A stretch of 64,000 bases of DNA, from positions 806,001-870,000 of the forward strand of contig NW_026262700.1 in NCBI RefSeq assembly GCF_021869535.1, written 5' to 3'. This stretch comes from Mytilus californianus. Taxonomy: Eukaryota. Made by a program: the position numbers and the translations under genes. This document shows, piece by piece, positions 24,811 through 38,156 of this stretch. The notes under the pieces were generated by a model. The model was not told where the DNA came from and searched no databases. It saw nothing but the letters and a program-made list of their open reading frames with translations. Every line of letters starts with the position of its first letter. The first letter of the stretch is position 1.

Positions 24811-26210
24811 CTTAACGGTAAGTTTTTTTAACTTCTGTAGTTTGTTGTCATTAACTAAACAAAATAATCCACAATAGTTTATATCTAAATCGTCCAGTGT
24901 TTAAAAATGCAGTAAATACATTCGACATAAAGTATGAAAGATCTGACATATATGCAAAAAACGAAAAAAAACCGTCATCATATTGACTAAAACCCATTAT
25001 TGCCAAGACTTGTAATTAATTTTGGCAACGCGGACCGCTAACATTGGTACCTGTAATGTTTCAAGTAAATAGTCCTCCTCTATATCCTGCATTTACTGTT
25101 ATTTGAAAACCTTAAAGTCCTGTTATTGATCTAGTTTTTGTATGGACTCAATTGATATTCAGATTGTTGGTATCTGATTTGCTCTTTCATCGGTATTGTT
25201 AAGACATAATTTCAGAAGATTGGTTCCTTTTGTGCATTATTAGATACTCAGAGGTATAGTGTCAAATTTCTCAATAATCTGTTTTACTACAAAACCTGCA
25301 AAAAACTCATCAATAAGCTTTTGCATTGCATTGGAGACCAGTAGTGTTTGCTTTTTTATTAATAACTGTTATAATGGCTTATTCTCTATTTTTCTTTCGA
25401 AATACGTAGAAAAATCTCATCAAAAGTCTTGGCTTATATTAAAGGTTTTGAACGCTCATTTCGACTCTTCATGACTTACTAGTGGTGTTCAATGGAAAAC
25501 AAATAGATAAATAACGAATTTGAAGAGCTTACACTAAATATTCTATCCATATTTTTGTATTTTAGATGATTTTGATATTTTTATTGTTACTAGTTTTGAT
25601 ATTTTAAATTAAGTAAGTTAGTAAATACTGTAATTGTTAGATGTTGATCAATTAAATTAATTTACTCGAATCCAAAAAATTGAAATCCTAAGAGGTATAA
25701 TTACTTGAAGAAATTCATGACAAAAATAATTAGCTTAATGTTTGATGAAGATTTTTTGAAGGGTTTTTAAAAAGTACAGAAATGGAGTAACCAGTTCCAC
25801 CTAAGGTCAACTTTGTCTGAGAACGTTTGAATCTTAGTGTCGGAAAAAGCAGTCCACCAGCAGTAGTACTTACCAATTGCTAGAAAGTGATGAAATCGTT
25901 CTTAATATTGTGCATCCAAAATATGTTATGATCAACGTAATAAGATGGAATTAAAATCTAAGTTTTATTACAGGTATATCATTTACATAGTGAACAAAAT
26001 AATACATACAGTAATTTTAATGAATTTATTTAGAAAATCTTATGAAAAAATCTGTATTCCTTTGACAGCTTAGTAGAATACATGTTATTTTAAAACTATA
26101 AGTTTATATATTATAACAATCTAATACCGCTATTCCTCTAGCTAAACGTGAGAAAATAAAAGTATAAAGATAAGTAAAAACTAGAACAAGGATTAAAATA
26201 CTTGAGAAAA

Positions 26211-28568
26211 TTATGCTACTGATATGTCTGTACTGCTAGTCTTCATCATTTTATCTATCCTTCGTTGTACCTCTGATATTCTTTGATCCACTAGAAACAT
26301 GCTGGGATAACTATTTACAGAGAGATTTGTTCTTGGTTTTATTGGAACAGTTAGTTTTTGTCTCCTTTCACGACGGTCTTCTATGGTGGAACGCTTAACA
26401 TTCTCCATTTCGTTATTTTGCAACGTAACTCTCGTTATTTGTTCTACAGTGGTTGTTTTTGGATCCTCTTTTGTGTTAGGATTCCGAAAACCTTCTTCTA
26501 CTTCAGCCGATTTACCAAAGCGATGTTCTGTTTTGGTGTCATTTTCAAGTTCTTTTATTCTAGTCTTTAGTGACACTTTTGTATTGACTGCCCCTGTTCC
26601 CATCTCCGGTGGTTTAACCTGAGTTTTGTCTACAAGAAGTACATTTTTAGTAGTGGGGAGGTTCGGTACATAATCATTCGTTGTCTTTTTATCTGTTTTC
26701 TCCTTGTTTTTACTCTCGGTTTCATCGTCTCCCGTTCGTTTCGGCTTTTTAACTGTAGAAAATAGAAACTCGTAACGTTCTTTCTGATCGTTACTCTTTA
26801 AAATTTGCCCTTCTTTCATTTTTGAACATTGATTGTTAAATTTTGCATTTTCCTCGTTATATTTGTCACTCTTCGGTTCTATACCTGTCGTTAGTGATTG
26901 TTTGCTCTCTGTAAACTTGTTTTCGAAATGGACAGTTTTATTTGTTATACTATCTTTCGCGATTGAGAGAGGCTTAATACCCATAATTTCCTCAACTTCC
27001 GGTTGTCTGAGTTCAAGACTTTTTGGAATCAGCGGGTCAGATAATGTGATAATTTGTTTCCTCTCTTGTAAACGGTTTAGTGAGTTGAAATTACCAGTAG
27101 GTGTTTGAGTTAAATTTGGTTTAATTTGTCCAGGTTTTGATGTGTCCGTTCGACGTGAATTGTTTGTACGGACGGCATGATTGTACATTTGAATTGGGTT
27201 TTCGTTTAATTTCGTTGGTTTTTCTGCAATATCCTCTATTTTTGTTGCTTCTGATTTCTGTTCAAATTCTACTTTGGGATTCTTCGTTTGTTTCATAGAA
27301 GTATTTTGATCGGAATGATTGTTTATTCTGTTATCTTTACGGAGATTGTTGGTATTATTACTACTTTTTTGTCTTTGCGTTTCTGTGTTTTGTTGTGTTT
27401 TACCAAATTCCGCTTTGTTTGTAACGCTATCGACTTTGTTGAGATGAAAAGTTGTACTGACGTCCGTATCGGTTTTTCTAAAGGTGTTTAGGGTTGTTTG
27501 TTTTACTGCATAATTATTCTTTTGTGGAACATAAAAACGTTGAAACCGTTCTGAGTTGGAACGTCGCACTATATCTGTCTGTGACGTAAATTGTTCTGAT
27601 TTTACAACGGGTTTAGTAATACGTTGTTTTTTTGCGCCTATTCTAGGTGTAATTTTCTTTTTGCCTACGTCAAGTAAAATAGGATCTTCTTCGTTTACAG
27701 TGGACAAAATCGTCTTGACAACGCGATTATTTATTGCCTTTTTGTTCATGTTTTTATGCAATTGATCTTTTCCACTAAGATATGTCTTGTTTTCCCATTC
27801 TACCTCAACCTTTCGTTGAGATTTATAAACTTTATTGCCCTCTCCTTGTTTTGACTTTTCAAGCGACTGTTTTTTCTTCTCAACTGTCTTTCGTCCAATT
27901 TCCCAAAGCTTTTTACCAGATACTTTCTTCCCACTTTCAATTCGTCTTGCGGCCAGAAGTTTGTGTTGCCAAATCATACGCTCCTGTACAATCTTCTTCT
28001 CAATGTATGATATTCTGCGTTCAGCTTTTACAATATCTTTATTTCTTTCCTGTTCAGCGGTTGTAACTCTGCGCATAAACAGCTTCCGGTCCTCCGCGTG
28101 TTTCTTTTCTATTGTTTTAATTCGTTTTTTCGTCTCCTCTTTTGACTTTTCCGCTCTTTTTTCGATATTCTCTATATTTTTGGCAATTATCTTTGATTCC
28201 TTTTTAATGTGTTCTTCCATCTGTCTTGTGCTCCTATTAGAAAGAGAAGAACTCAGTCTTTTCCTTTCCTCAATTTTTCGTTCTCTTAACTTCAATTTTT
28301 TCTTGTTTGATATTTTCTCTTTTTCGATATTTTGAACATACATTTCCATCAGTTCTTCGTCTTTTTTCATTCTCTCCTTCTCTTGCTCTTTCCAAGCTTT
28401 TTCTTTTCTTTCAGCAATTTCTCTTTTATGTAGTTCCTCTTGTCTGATATTCCAGGCTATACAAGCTTGGAAAATTTGTCGTTCCTTCTCTGTCTGTTTT
28501 TTGCGCTCTTCAATTTTCTTACGGTACAAAATGTCAACAGCATTACCCATGGCAGCTTTTCTATCCAC
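26211..28568 (-). CDS. Large coiled-coil plus low-complexity exon CC-B (first ATG at 28550, 779 aa)
   Basis: 785-codon open frame; probable acceptor ttttcgacag| at 28619. N-terminal 18-aa repeats (KNIENIE.../KRIKTIE.../RRVTTAE.../RRISYIE...ERMIW), then a T/N/K-rich disordered tail. Confidence 0.8.
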   Translation of the reverse strand: MDRKAAMGNAVDILYRKKIEERKKQTEKERQIFQACIAWNIRQEELHKREIAERKEKAWKEQEKERMKKDEELMEMYVQNIEKEKISNKKKLKLRERKIEERKRLSSSLSNRSTRQMEEHIKKESKIIAKNIENIEKRAEKSKEETKKRIKTIEKKHAEDRKLFMRRVTTAEQERNKDIVKAERRISYIEKKIVQERMIWQHKLLAARRIESGKKVSGKKLWEIGRKTVEKKKQSLEKSKQGEGNKVYKSQRKVEVEWENKTYLSGKDQLHKNMNKKAINNRVVKTILSTVNEEDPILLDVGKKKITPRIGAKKQRITKPVVKSEQFTSQTDIVRRSNSERFQRFYVPQKNNYAVKQTTLNTFRKTDTDVSTTFHLNKVDSVTNKAEFGKTQQNTETQRQKSSNNTNNLRKDNRINNHSDQNTSMKQTKNPKVEFEQKSEATKIEDIAEKPTKLNENPIQMYNHAVRTNNSRRTDTSKPGQIKPNLTQTPTGNFNSLNRLQERKQIITLSDPLIPKSLELRQPEVEEIMGIKPLSIAKDSITNKTVHFENKFTESKQSLTTGIEPKSDKYNEENAKFNNQCSKMKEGQILKSNDQKERYEFLFSTVKKPKRTGDDETESKNKEKTDKKTTNDYVPNLPTTKNVLLVDKTQVKPPEMGTGAVNTKVSLKTRIKELENDTKTEHRFGKSAEVEEGFRNPNTKEDPKTTTVEQITRVTLQNNEMENVKRSTIEDRRERRQKLTVPIKPRTNLSVNSYPSMFLVDQRISEVQRRIDKMMKTSSTDISVA

Positions 28569-29041
28569 TCCATTTCCTTGTCATAACGATTAGTATGCAG
28601 TTGTTCTCGATGTGTTCATCTGTCGAAAAGAAAACATTATACACAAAATGTATTTTTCTCTTTGATGATTTAGAAAACTACAATCCATGCTGCACACATG
28701 TGTTGGTTTATGACATACTTAGTTATAATAACAGTCTGTAACTACAAGATCTGAATCTAGTAAAGGTATCCAACGCAATAAGCTGAATGAGATGTGAAAC
28801 ATATCATATATAAAATGTGTGGCCTAAACGTGTTTGCTACAGAAATTACTTTATTTACATACTAGTAGCTCTTTTAAATCATTTGACTTGACTTATTGTG
28901 TATATATACGTAATATGGTTTTCAAAATAACGATGATTTAACCACATAAGATCAAATACCTTGATGTCTATAATCTGTTTTTAAAGAAATGCGTCTCATC
29001 CTCTTTGTCATCATTTCAAAATTTGTAGGGCAGTGGATATG

Positions 29042-29270
29042 TGAGGGTCCTGATCTGATCTCTTATGTCTTTATTCTTTATTTTTTTAGACCTTTCTTCC
29101 ATATTTTTTCTATAATTATTTTGCCCAATATTCTCAAGTCTTCATTATTAAGCAACCTAGTATTGTTAATTTGCTTTTCGCTATTCTTCTCTATAATTCA
29201 ATCTGTGTTTGACCTTCAATCTGCACTGTTAGACCATAACCATTATTCTTTAAACCCAATACAGACCCTT
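29042..29270. mobile_element. Degenerate MITE of the GAGGGTCTGGAT family, reverse orientation
   Basis: Ends TAAACCCAATACAGACCCT, matching the reverse complement of the left end of the 1313 copy. Confidence 0.55.
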
Positions 29271-32200
29271 AGAAAAAAGTGATTGTTTGGTTGTCCTTAA
29301 TTTGAATCTGAACTGTGTTTTAAAGTTCAACAAAAATAATTATTTCAGTTCAAAGCTTCACAAAATCTTCAGTACTTAATAATATTGTGAAGCTCTTGTA
29401 TTATTTCTTTGTCTACTTGATAAAGATACCCGTAAAGAAAGATGTCTTTCGACATAAAGACAGCATTTGCGGGGTTTTTGTTGTTTTTTTTAGCGGGGGA
29501 TCTCGTGTGAAATTGATTGTTAAGCAATAACACAATTAAAACGGATTACATATTTGAAACTAACAATTTTTTTTGGGCTCAATATTAACCAAGAATCGTG
29601 TCAAAAAAGATTTCAATTGTTTTACATTCTATACTTACACATACTCATGATTTCATGTTTAAATAGATATAGAATGAGCAATGTCATATCAGCTTTGAAT
29701 ATGCGCAATATGTGTTTGTGTTAATGCTTGCATTTCTAAGCTTGATAGAAAAGAGAGAATTCCATTTGTTTACATTTTTTCATTCAATATTTCAACATTT
29801 GGACAATGTTATATTTTGATATCAAAGAAAATGCTAGATTTTAATATTTAAAAAATATCTTTATAGATCTTTTACATCCATGAAATTTTTTTTTCTTACC
29901 ATATTTCCACAAGTTCATAATCTTCCCCCGTATGATAATAATTGCATGTTATTATGCATATGATATTATTGTCCGCCATCTTGTAAACAAAACTAATTTA
30001 AACAATGGTTGAACATAAATGCTTACTCACCCTAAACAATCAAACGAAACTTTAAATTAAAATAATTGAGACAATATTTAAAATATGTTGTTTAAAAAAT
30101 TGTTAATAATACATGAATATTCGAGCTTACACTGCAGTATTTTCAAATACTGCTATTGTTATCTTTGAAATGATTTTGTTTTGTTCATAAAATAGAAGAT
30201 TATTGGTAATTAGACACTTAATTTTATAATAACTGTGTTTATGACTTTGATAAAATGTCGACAAATTGATGTTTTTATTAATAAGGACAAACAAATTATC
30301 TCGCCTTTATGCGATCATGAGTAAATAGTCTGCAGAATATTTTTATGAAATAGTTGTAACGGTTGTTTTTAATTAAATCGGATGGTTACTTACTTTTATT
30401 AGCTTTAAAGTCAATATGAGACTATATAATTGCAAGTGATTTGGCTGCATAAATTCATATAGATGAGGGTCTGGATGGAGGTTTACAGAAACGAAAATAT
30501 TAGGCAAAAAGTGAAGAATAGATGACAAAATAAATTACAGAATAAAAAATATAGAAAAATGGCAAACTAGTAAAGAAACAGTAATGTGCTTGCAAAGTTG
30601 CCACGTCAAAACTATGATCGTTAATTAAATTTCGTACAATATTTGCACCTGAAGTTAAAATCATCAAGTATATTTGAAGCATTGAAGACCCATTGGTGGC
30701 CATAGGCTGTTGTCGGCTCTTTGGTCGGGTTGTTGTCTCTTTGACACATTCCTCATTTCATTTCTCAATTTTATTTGACAAATATAATCAAGTCTTAAAA
30801 ATTTCCTATTATTTTAATTTGTTTGTAAATTTATTACGTTGTGTTCGTAATAGTTGCAGCTTCATGGATATGAGAATCTATATGATTTGTACAAACTAGA
30901 CTAGAGACGTATAATGCAAGACGTTATATAATATATTTCTATATTTTAAATCGCAATATACCCGGTATGTGTCTATTGATGGCCAAACATAGGAAACATA
31001 TGTATCAAATGTTTAATATCTTGAATTTCAGATTAATACAAAAATATTGATATCTTCAATGCCACGTTTTATCAACTTAGGTGAAGAGCTTTCCCTATAA
31101 TCATTCAATATAAGTACGTTTATTTATTTTATTATATTTCATTAGGACACGTTAAACATATCATAATTCATAATTCAAGAAAACCAAAAAAAAAATATTC
31201 AAAAAGTAAGTGTATTAAGAGCCAATCCGCCAGAAAACCATGCAATATTCAGAAAATCGTCCAAATCGACAATCACAACTAGACAAATTTTTATACATCA
31301 TCTTAATCCTTGACATAAAATAAAAGAATTTGACCACTTAATTTTTCCCAGAATCGTATCTATTTTTAGTAACAGCCTCATTTGCATAATTCTGTAAATT
31401 CATAATGAAACCAAGGAAAAATCCAACTTTTTTATCCCTTTTAAGAATGACTCAGAAGCATATTAAATGGGGTAGTTGAGTTTTTAGAGTAATGTCAGCT
31501 GAAACTCATCCATTTTACTATGTTATGATCAAAACAAATGAAAATTTAAACGATTTGGCACATTGCCAGGAGCAGGGACACAAAGGCGGGGTTTTTCATA
31601 CATGAATTTACGTGGTTTACATTCGCTTCTATCTTGCAAGACCCATTCCGGATTTGTTTGCAACTTATATCGGTTTTAACTATGGGGTATGTTTTATATC
31701 AAAACAAAATATTAAGCTTTTCAAATGACTATTATATGTTAGTTTATGCCTTGGAAGAATGGTGATTTTAGTCCCAAATTGACACATTTTGATTTTGATT
31801 TTAATTAAATTCTAAACACAATTGGTACTAAAATGGCTCATAAAATCATTCGAACAAGTAAAATCAATTTGTCTGAAAAATTAAATAAGACGTATGTGTA
31901 CTGCAAGTCCAAAAATCAATAAATTGTCTGAAACCAGGGAGTCCATCTTTTATGCTCTTCCATTGACTTATCTCCCTTGGGTAAGATCTCAAACATGTCA
32001 GCTCCCAGTGATGGTTTGGCAGACAAATGTTTACAGTGAAGTTTGTGACTTAAATAATCTAGGATGAGCATGTGGGCTATCCCAGCCTTATACATCTACA
32101 TATTACAAACTATTTAAGATATCTGAATGCACTAAAGACCAAAATAGCATTTCCAAAAAAAATAATTACTGCCAAGAAATTTGACAATCATGACAATAAT

Positions 32201-32469
32201 TTAGTGAATAAACATGATAAATATTGATTGGAAAGTCCATGAACAGCAAAAATGTTTTTAGATTTCAACGAGCAAAACAAAAGTATTCTAAATCATTCTT
32301 CTTAAAAAAAAAGTGAGCGAGTGGAACCACCTTGCTCGCACCAAAATTGAAATTGAGAGTGTCAAAACTGCTCTGGCGCACCATCAATAAATCAACGACA
32401 CTCTCTCTGCCGTGGTATTGAAACCAGCATTGGTAACCAAACATATTCATACAGATACAGACTACCATT

Positions 32470-32759
32470 CTTCTACATTTAGGAAGTCTGAATAATACTG
32501 AAAACTATGGTGTAGAATTTCCAACAGGACTCCTTATTTTATATAAGACAAGGAGTGGTTTATTTTCCCATGGTTGTTACATCATCTTGTCTTTGAATAT
32601 GCTCGAAGTACAGGGACTTTTATGGAATTCATTGACATGATAGTCAAGCAAGATGTCAACATCTCGTCCAACCCTCTTCCAGCAAAGCCAAAGCTGACCA
32701 AGGATCTTCACCCTTTCAAAACAGGCTGTATACAGGACGAGTTATTCCAGTAGGAACAG
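32470..32759 (+). pseudogene. Disrupted exon of a transposon-borne Cys-rich protein gene
   Basis: Reads LILYKTRSGLF (one frame) then ICSKYRDFYGIH*HDSQARCQHLVQPSSSKAKADQGSSPFQNRLYTGRVIPVGTG (another frame); TGA at 32633 where Trp is expected; donor G|gtacaa at 32759. Confidence 0.55.
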
Positions 32760-33585
32760 GTACAAATCTTACAATCAATTTTCATTTGTTCCATATAGTC
32801 AATCTGAAATTAGGGGACCAACAATTGATACATTAGCTAGATTAAAAAAAGGGGGGTGCTGAAGGGGCATGTGAATATTCTTTTACACCTGACCTGTTTC
32901 TAAGACATCTTATTTATTTCCTATAGCAAAGTGCAAGCAAATAATATATATCCGTATATACATTGTTCTGTCTTGGGACCATTTGGTTAAAAAAGCAAGG
33001 GGGAGGGTTAGAATGGTCAAAATATTTATGTCCTTGTCAGCTTAGGACAGAATTTTAATTTTCAAGCTATTAACCAGGGTACAATATATAATTATTTTCT
33101 GCTTTAAAAAATCAATTTATAGACCAGAATCATGATAATAATCAAAATCTATTTCAACATATTCAACGTTTAGCAGGTCATATTTATATTTTCAGTTCTT
33201 ACTGGAAGTTGTTCAGCTCTTTGTCTACTAAAAAAAACTTTTATCTCGTGGAAAAGACTCCTACAAATACATGTTTTACATACAACATACTGTACATGTA
33301 ACACTAGACAACTTTATCCAGAGAATAATATTTTTTTAATGAACTAATAGGCCATGGAGACTAAAAAAATCAAAAGCATTGCAAACTTTTGTAAAGTTCA
33401 ATTTTAGGACCCTACATGTACATGTATGTAGATTACTTATAGAGCCCTTTTTAAAAGAAAAAACATACATTTAAACTACATGCACAGTGATGCTACACTA
33501 CCCTACATTTCCTGTCTGATATATTTTATTTCATGTAAAACAAAATTGAAGAATTATTTTATAGTTTAACACTTTTTATTTGTAG

Positions 33586-33681
33586 GGCTATATATATGCA
33601 AGCAATGCTCAATTAAGATGAATTTTTGTAAAAGTGACAATAGCCAGATCAAACTAAATACATGTATAGAAGAAGATATTG
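33586..33681 (+). pseudogene. Next exon of the same gene (phase 1 to phase 1, 96 nt)
   Basis: ttttatttgtag|GG...ATTG|gtaagt; encodes (G)LYICKQCSIKMNFCKSDNSQIKLNTCIEEDI, continuing ...IPVGTG. Confidence 0.65.
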
Positions 33682-34199
33682 GTAAGTTATTATTAACTTA
33701 TATATTAATTTAACTGTTTGTATAACATGGTAATCATACAAAGTATATGTAATCTCTTATATAATAACATAATTATACAATTACATATTATACATTTGTA
33801 CATCAGTTTCATTAAACAGGTCTTTGTTAACTTGGTTTTCCCATTGAAAAATCACTTTGCTAATTTTAATTTGTAGTACTATATTGGGCGGCTCCTTTAG
33901 TTTCCATTCAATAACTAACAATGACTAATGAACTGTTCATATATTCCATTTCAATTATTTTATTTATTAATACGTATTACTTTTACTGTTAAGTCTGTTT
34001 TTTGTGACTCTGTATTTATGTATCCCGTCATACTTTGAACGACAAAATTATTTTATGTCTACATTGTATCTGTGCGAATTTCGAACGCGCGATTTTACGC
34101 CAGTACTTAAAACCTTCCATCCTTTATGGGTGGATTTTACATAGATATAAAAAAAATCGTATAATATAAGCAAAATGAGGATGTTAAATTTGATGTATG

Positions 34200-34565
34200 C
34201 CTTTTTGTGCTTCTTCGTCACATTTGTTTGTTTTTATAGTGATTAAGATGATAACACAATGTTGACTGCTGTACCCTTATTTTTGACAATTTTACCTATT
34301 GTGTCTGTTTGTTTTGTTCACGCATCGTTGTCAATATAATGGAATTTGATGCGACTGTCATACAAGTGAGAGGTTTATTATCTAGCTATAAAACCAGGTT
34401 CAATCCACCATTTTCTACATAAGAAAATGTCTGAACCAAGTCAGGAATATGATAGTTGTTATCCATTCGTTTGATGTGTTTGAACTTTTGATTTTGCCAT
34501 TTGATTGGAGACTTTCCTTTTTGAATTTTCCTCAGAGTCCAGTATTTTTGTGATTTTACTTTTTC
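34200..34565 (+). repeat. Interspersed repeat family B (near-complete copy)
   Basis: Shared with about 16600-16715 plus 17941-18200, 24545-24810 and 13880-14165. Confidence 0.75.
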
Positions 34566-34699
34566 AAATATAAAAGGGGGAGATTTTTATTGGTACTTTT
34601 GAAGATATTTCACCTGTTCGATTAATTGATTGGTTGTTGGTAATGCTAATGTCCAATGGCAAATGGTTCATGCATGTTTAGGACAAGAACAAATTAAAA

Positions 34700-35310
34700 T
34701 AAATACATTATTTGGGTTCTTAATATGCTAAATCTAACAATGTATTTAAATAATTTAAGATGTTGCAAATGGGCCACATTTTAAATTGGTTCTCATTGAT
34801 TTCAAAATGGTCCAAAATTTTTTTCTTATTTCTACACAACTTGAATTCTTGAGGTTCTTTTGATATACAAAATGCAAATGTTTTATATTTATATTTTTTA
34901 TTTTGGTCCGGTTTTCAAATTTGTCCACATTTTAAAGTCCAAAGGGTCCAAATTTTAACTTAGTTTAATTTTAACAAAACTTGAACTCTAATTACAATGA
35001 ATTAGGGTTCTTTGAATGATAAACAGAAATAATCAAATATCCTGAATATAAATATGTACTTAGATTTATGATTTTGGTCCAAGTTTTCAAGTTGGTTCAA
35101 ATGGGGTCCATAATTTAACTGTGTTTGATTTCAACAATAATTTTAAAGATGCTGATTCAGCATGAATCTAACCTGTATTTAGTTTTTGGGTCCTATTATG
35201 AAATTGGTTTACATTGTAGTCCAAAGGGTCCAAAATTAAACTAAATTTTAAATCTTAATTTGATCTTGGGGTTCTCTGATATGCTGAATCTATTAAACTT
35301 TATCTTTATA
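34700..35310. repeat. Degenerate tandem repeat, unit about 140-150 bp, 4-5 copies
   Basis: Recurring GGGTTCT(T/C)TGATATGCTGAATCTA and TTTTGGTCC...TTTTCAA...GGTCCA(A)AATT motifs. Confidence 0.55.
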
Positions 35311-36333
35311 CCATATTTATTCTGTGTTAGAAACCTATTCTTTGTCAAATATTTAATCCCATTACAAATTTAGAGCTGTTATAGCTTGAATGTTCTGTCC
35401 AAACTTGCATTTTTTCTTCATCTTCCACAAAATTTGTCCTTTTCTGAGATAACTGGTGTTATCTTTTTAAATGAAACTTTAGTGAAAAGAAAAGCACAAT
35501 ATGTGGATGATTATCTGATGTCAAACATTTTCAAGATGGCCACCAATGATGGCACAAATTTCAACACTGGTTAATTTAATGAAAATTGTTAATTAGGGAT
35601 AGTCGTGGTAGTTTGACTTGCTAAACAAAGTAAGGTTGTTTTTTCTTCCAAAATGGCAAACATTTTTAAGATGGCCTTATATGAAAATTGACATTAAGGA
35701 ATTATACTTTTGACATGCCAACAAAACAATGAAATTTTTTTTAAAGATGGACACAGCAAATAAAGGGTAAAATTTTCAATTTTGTTGAGTTTGATTTTAA
35801 AGAATATTGATATTTAGCTGTACTTTGACACAGAGAACAGATATAAAGATGGCCACCATTTCAAAGATTGTCACTAAAAGCGGTCAAATTATCACCATTG
35901 TCTGTTTTCAATGTAAAACTATATTGAGAGGTAATTTGACGTGCCAAACCAAATGGAGGCAATTTTTATTGTTGTAAAGATGTTAAAGGCTATTTGGACA
36001 TGCTTAAAAGGAATGGATAATAACTATTCTGCAAAAATGATTTAGCTTTAGTTGGGAGAATTTTGTAACTGTATCCACTTACAGTAAAAGTTGTCAATTT
36101 TATTTCCTGTCAGTGGTATATATGAAATTAAAAAATGTGGTATGATTGCCAATGAGAACAAATGACATAGAAGTAAAGCTATAGGTCTTCATATGCCATA
36201 TGGCCTTCAACAATGAGCAAGACCTATACTGCATATATATTCAGCCATAAAAGGCCCCAAAATAAGAAAATGAAAAAATATGAAAACTAACAGCTTGATT
36301 TATGTATGTATGTTTTGTGGTTTTCATATCTAG

Positions 36334-36500
36334 ACTCGCAGCTCACCTTTCTGTCAGTGTCAACAACAACTGAACTTTCACAGCAGTCAACATCAGATTG
36401 GGAGACTGATAATGCTTCTAACAGAAACAATTTCAACCAACCAAACAAGCAACAGAAAATTTCTAACTTTAAAACATCAGTTAAATCTTCCATGGGATGA
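36334..36500 (+). pseudogene. Probable third exon of the transposon-borne gene (S/T/N/Q-rich)
   Basis: ttttcatatctag|AC is phase-1 compatible with the 33681 donor; DSQLTFLSVSTTTELSQQSTSDWETDN...G*. Confidence 0.45.
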
Positions 36501-37053
36501 TGTCTCAAAAAAATAACAGTTCATCATTTATGGAGATTTTAATGTTATGGTTTTTCCTTTACAAGAAAGTTAATGTACACTTGTTTTATAGTAAAACCTA
36601 TAGCCATTCAAATATAAAAAAACACATTCAACTTTATTGAAATTTGAAGATTCATATGACTTATTTTAATTCTGTTATCTCCGAGGATGTGATGTAGAGC
36701 ATTATAGGTACAGTAATCTTAACAGCTATCCAATTTCATTCAAAATTCTTTATAAATTTTGCACTGGTATATATAGACTAAGTAATTTGTTTTTCGTCTA
36801 GTTATGGGATTTTTTTTTTAGAAGCATTTATGATTTTCATGTTTGTATTGACCACATTGCAGCAACATAGATATAGGTACCTGGCAAATCTTGCCTTGTT
36901 AGCATACTAGGCTCAAAGGGTCATAAAAAAATTTCCATCACTAAGTGTCTGTTAAAATCATCTGTTTACAGTTTTCACTTTTAAACCATCATCTTAATAA
37001 CTTTAGAAGAAGTGTCATACATATATATATGTATACAAAATTTAAAAACTTTT

Positions 37054-37056
<3 letters not shown>

Positions 37057-37085
<29 letters not shown>
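37057..37085. repeat. (TA)n microsatellite
   Basis: Visible TA run; a second one at about 38112-38153. Confidence 0.95.
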
Positions 37086-37088
<3 letters not shown>

Positions 37089-38022
37089 TTGCCTAACAAT
37101 GTAATTTTAACACACTATTTAGTATGTAAATATAAGAATGTTTAAAATATTTACAAAATGATGAAAATAAACGCAATATTTCGCTAGACTAACTAGCTTT
37201 ATCAAGCGTGCATCTATCAAGGTGAAATCGGATGTAGATGATAAGAAACTTTTGCAGCTCAATGTATATGTTGCACTTGAATTTAGCTGCCTTGAAAATA
37301 ATACATAATTTGGATGAAGTTCAAGATTTTTACAAAATTGGTAGTTGAAGTTAGCAACGTCCATTGGCCAATATTACAGGATAAAAAGGACGATGCTGTG
37401 TACTAAATTATTCTTTATCTTTCCTGTATCTTTTCTCATCTTTTTCGTTAAGACCATCAGGTTCTAAAGTGTGGAGTTGGTGGATCCAAAAATTTTCTCT
37501 TCTCCTTCTCGCCGTGGTGTCCCACTCGGTATTGACTTCTATGATTTGGAAGGTAACATTATCAAAAGAATGTTTCGTTGAACGAAGATGTCTTGTGAGA
37601 GGACAGTTTTTGTTGGTTTTGTACCATGAACGATGGTTATTGAGCCGAATATTAAATTTGTCCATTGTTTCTCCCACATACTGAATGCCACATGTGTCAC
37701 ATGTTAATATATAAATTGAGTTCTCCGTTTTACAGTTGGAATTTGAGTAGATGGTATAATTTTGTTTAGTAACGGAGCTGATGAAAGAACTGCTTGTATT
37801 GGCAGCTTTACAACACAAGCAGTTCCTTCGACCACATTGTTTGTAGCAACCGGGAGATGGAGTAGGCTGCTTTGCTAATACAGATGATCTAAATACAGCT
37901 TGATAAAGCTAGTTAGTCTAGCGAAATATTGCGTTTATTTTCATCATTTTGTAAATATTTTAAACATTCTTATATTTACATACTAAATAGTGTGTTAAAA
38001 TTACATTGTTAGGCAATCTATA
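37082..38022 (-). mobile_element. 5'-truncated Penelope-like retroelement with an inverted copy of its 3' terminus
   Basis: 37082-37206 and 37899-38022 are about 125-bp inverted repeats enclosing a GIY-YIG frame; the left end abuts (TA)n. Confidence 0.85.
37408..37897 (-). CDS. GIY-YIG endonuclease domain with upstream Cys-rich linker (Penelope-like ORF C-terminus, no RT)
   Basis: PGCYKQCGRRNCLCC...NSIYILTCDTCGIQYVGET...RLNNHRS...RRRRENFWIHQLHTLEPDGLN. Confidence 0.9.
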
Positions 38023-38109
38023 ATTTTATTTGTGTAATTGAATTAATCTCTGTACTGATTAATCCACACTCCCATAGATTTGTATGTCATGTGCTGCTAT
38101 TTATAGGCA

Positions 38110-38156
<47 letters not shown>

